DNA of 64,000 nucleotides, from contig CAYLJX010000001.1 of the NCBI GenBank assembly GCA_964384235.1, forward strand, positions 86,792 through 150,791, read 5' to 3'. The DNA comes from an uncultured Bdellovibrionales bacterium. Its GTDB lineage: Bacteria > Patescibacteriota > Minisyncoccia > Moranbacterales > UBA1568. Below are positions 62,948 through 64,000 of this stretch, piece by piece (the first letter of the stretch is position 1; every line of letters starts with the position of its first letter). Both the position numbers and the translations under genes were made by a program. The notes under the pieces are model-generated. The model searched no databases, was not told where the DNA came from, and saw only the letters and a list, made by a program, of their open reading frames with translations.

Positions 62948-64000
62948 ATGGAAAAAATCATCCTGGGGGCGGGAGTGCTCAACCTTTTTTTGGGCGTGCT
63001 CGCGTTGCGGCAGGGGGAGCGGACGAAGGAAATCGTCTCCTTTGGTGTCTTCTGTGTCGTTACCGGATTGTGGTGCCTTTCCAATTTTCTCCTTTATCTC
63101 TTTTTCGACGTCCTGTTTCTCAAGCTCGCCTATGCCTTCGGGGCGCTCACGGTGGCATCGCTCCTTTCCTGGTCGTTTTTCTACAATGAACGGCTCAAGC
63201 GCTATTGGATCCATACGGTCATCTATCTGGTCGGTATCGGGGTCGCGGTCTTTTCGATGCTCGACCACTATATCGTCGGGGAAGTCCGCGGCCTGACGGC
63301 GAGCGGCATCGACGCGGACGAAGGACGGTTCTTCAGTGTCTTCAGCGCCTATCTCCTCCTCACGATCATCTGGTCGATCGTCAACGTCTTTCTCATCTAT
63401 CGGCGCGCCGAAGGTGCCAAGAAGCACCAGGCCCGGTACGTGCTCATCGGGATATCCGGCTTCATGCTGGTCACGCTCCTGGTGAGCGGCATCCTCCCGA
63501 GCTTCGGTATCCTCGGCCTCACCAATCTCGACAGTCCGAGTTCGCTCATCTTCGTCATTTTCGCGATGCTCGCCATCGTACGGCACAAGTTCCTGGGTGC
63601 CAAGGTCATCCTGACGCAGATCCTCGCGAGCGTCCTCGTCACGATCTCTCTCATCCAGCTGATCGGTTCCCGGACTTTTTCGGAGACCGTCACCAACGTC
63701 ATCGCCCTCATCGTCGTGTTCGTAGTTGGGGAGTCGCTGGTCCGGAACGTCCTGACCGAAGTCAAACGCAAGGAAGAGTTCCAGGACATGGCGACGCGTC
63801 TGGCCCGGGCCAATGAGGAGCTCCGCCAGCTCGATACCACCAAGTCGGAATTCGTCTCCATCGCCTCGCACCAGCTGCGCACGCCGCTCACGGCCATCAA
63901 GGGATACGTGGCGCTCGCCCTCGAGGGCTCCTACGGTCCCGTGAACGAATCGCTCAAGGACATCCTGCGAAAGATCGGCGACGTCAATACCCGGCTGGCC
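62948..64000 (+). CDS. Sensor histidine kinase (polytopic membrane sensor + HisKA), 3'-partial at the window edge
   Basis: Translating from the ATG at 62948 gives ~7 TM helices, then the coiled coil 'KEEFQDMATRLARANEELRQLDTTKSEFVSIASHQLRTPLTAIKGY' with the H-box. It is unterminated, so it is absent from the ORF track. Confidence 0.8.
   Translation, partial: MEKIILGAGVLNLFLGVLALRQGERTKEIVSFGVFCVVTGLWCLSNFLLYLFFDVLFLKLAYAFGALTVASLLSWSFFYNERLKRYWIHTVIYLVGIGVAVFSMLDHYIVGEVRGLTASGIDADEGRFFSVFSAYLLLTIIWSIVNVFLIYRRAEGAKKHQARYVLIGISGFMLVTLLVSGILPSFGILGLTNLDSPSSLIFVIFAMLAIVRHKFLGAKVILTQILASVLVTISLIQLIGSRTFSETVTNVIALIVVFVVGESLVRNVLTEVKRKEEFQDMATRLARANEELRQLDTTKSEFVSIASHQLRTPLTAIKGYVALALEGSYGPVNESLKDILRKIGDVNTRLA

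Overview
This is a high-GC (~58-60%), gene-dense bacterial window with AT-rich intergenic spacers. Many proteins carry K/E-rich tails, low-complexity inserts and minimal domain sets, which together with a reduced metabolism suggests a Patescibacteria/CPR-like genome. The first ~8 kb is housekeeping: rnhB, rpmF (L32), nusB, rnc, a short SMC, rpsP (S16), rplJ-rplL (L10-L7/L12). An ion-homeostasis neighbourhood follows: an NhaP-type Na+/H+ antiporter, a DedA protein, and a six-gene complex-I/energy-converting-hydrogenase-like operon at 10969-18279. In that operon every redox cofactor ligand appears lost: the NuoB-like subunit has no Fe-S cysteines, the NuoCD-like fusion has no NiFe cysteines, and there is no NuoI/E/F/G. 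It is convergent with a VIT1/CCC1 iron transporter and a ferric-reductase-like membrane protein. The middle holds tRNA-Gln beside a low-GC islet, dnaX, a sigma70-region4/HARE-HTH protein next to a membrane protein + VirD4/TraD-like (T4CP/HerA-fold) ATPase pair with a C-terminal zinc ribbon, FtsB/DivIC, a PpiC PPIase, an active HtrA, clpB, a catalytically dead HtrA-like paralog, proS, pyrH, ispH and an ABC-F protein. clpB is preceded by a CIRCE element plus reiterated 'AAAGTC' heptad boxes, and those boxes are shared in the same orientation with the promoter region of the VIT1 operon. The last ~20 kb is a surface-glycan cluster: five GT4 glycosyltransferases, an ArnT/PMT-like GT-C protein, GtrA, a Wzz-like protein, an NAD-epimerase and an alpha-oxoamine-synthase-type PLP enzyme. 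Interleaved with it are a membrane-anchored two-domain Clp-like AAA+ ATPase, a secreted CHAP-domain hydrolase with two tandem paralogous small secreted Cys proteins, and a poly-acidic coiled-coil surface protein. The window ends in a sensor histidine kinase. Non-coding observations include a ~160-180 bp MITE-like structured repeat in two inverted copies, clustered 'ATACATGATAC' inverted repeats upstream of rnhB and smc, canonical sigma70 promoters and extended -10 promoters that would give leaderless mRNAs, and many rho-independent terminators. No CRISPR array, rRNA, transposase or integrase was seen. All calls rest on reading the sequence and on recalled family motifs; no database search was run.
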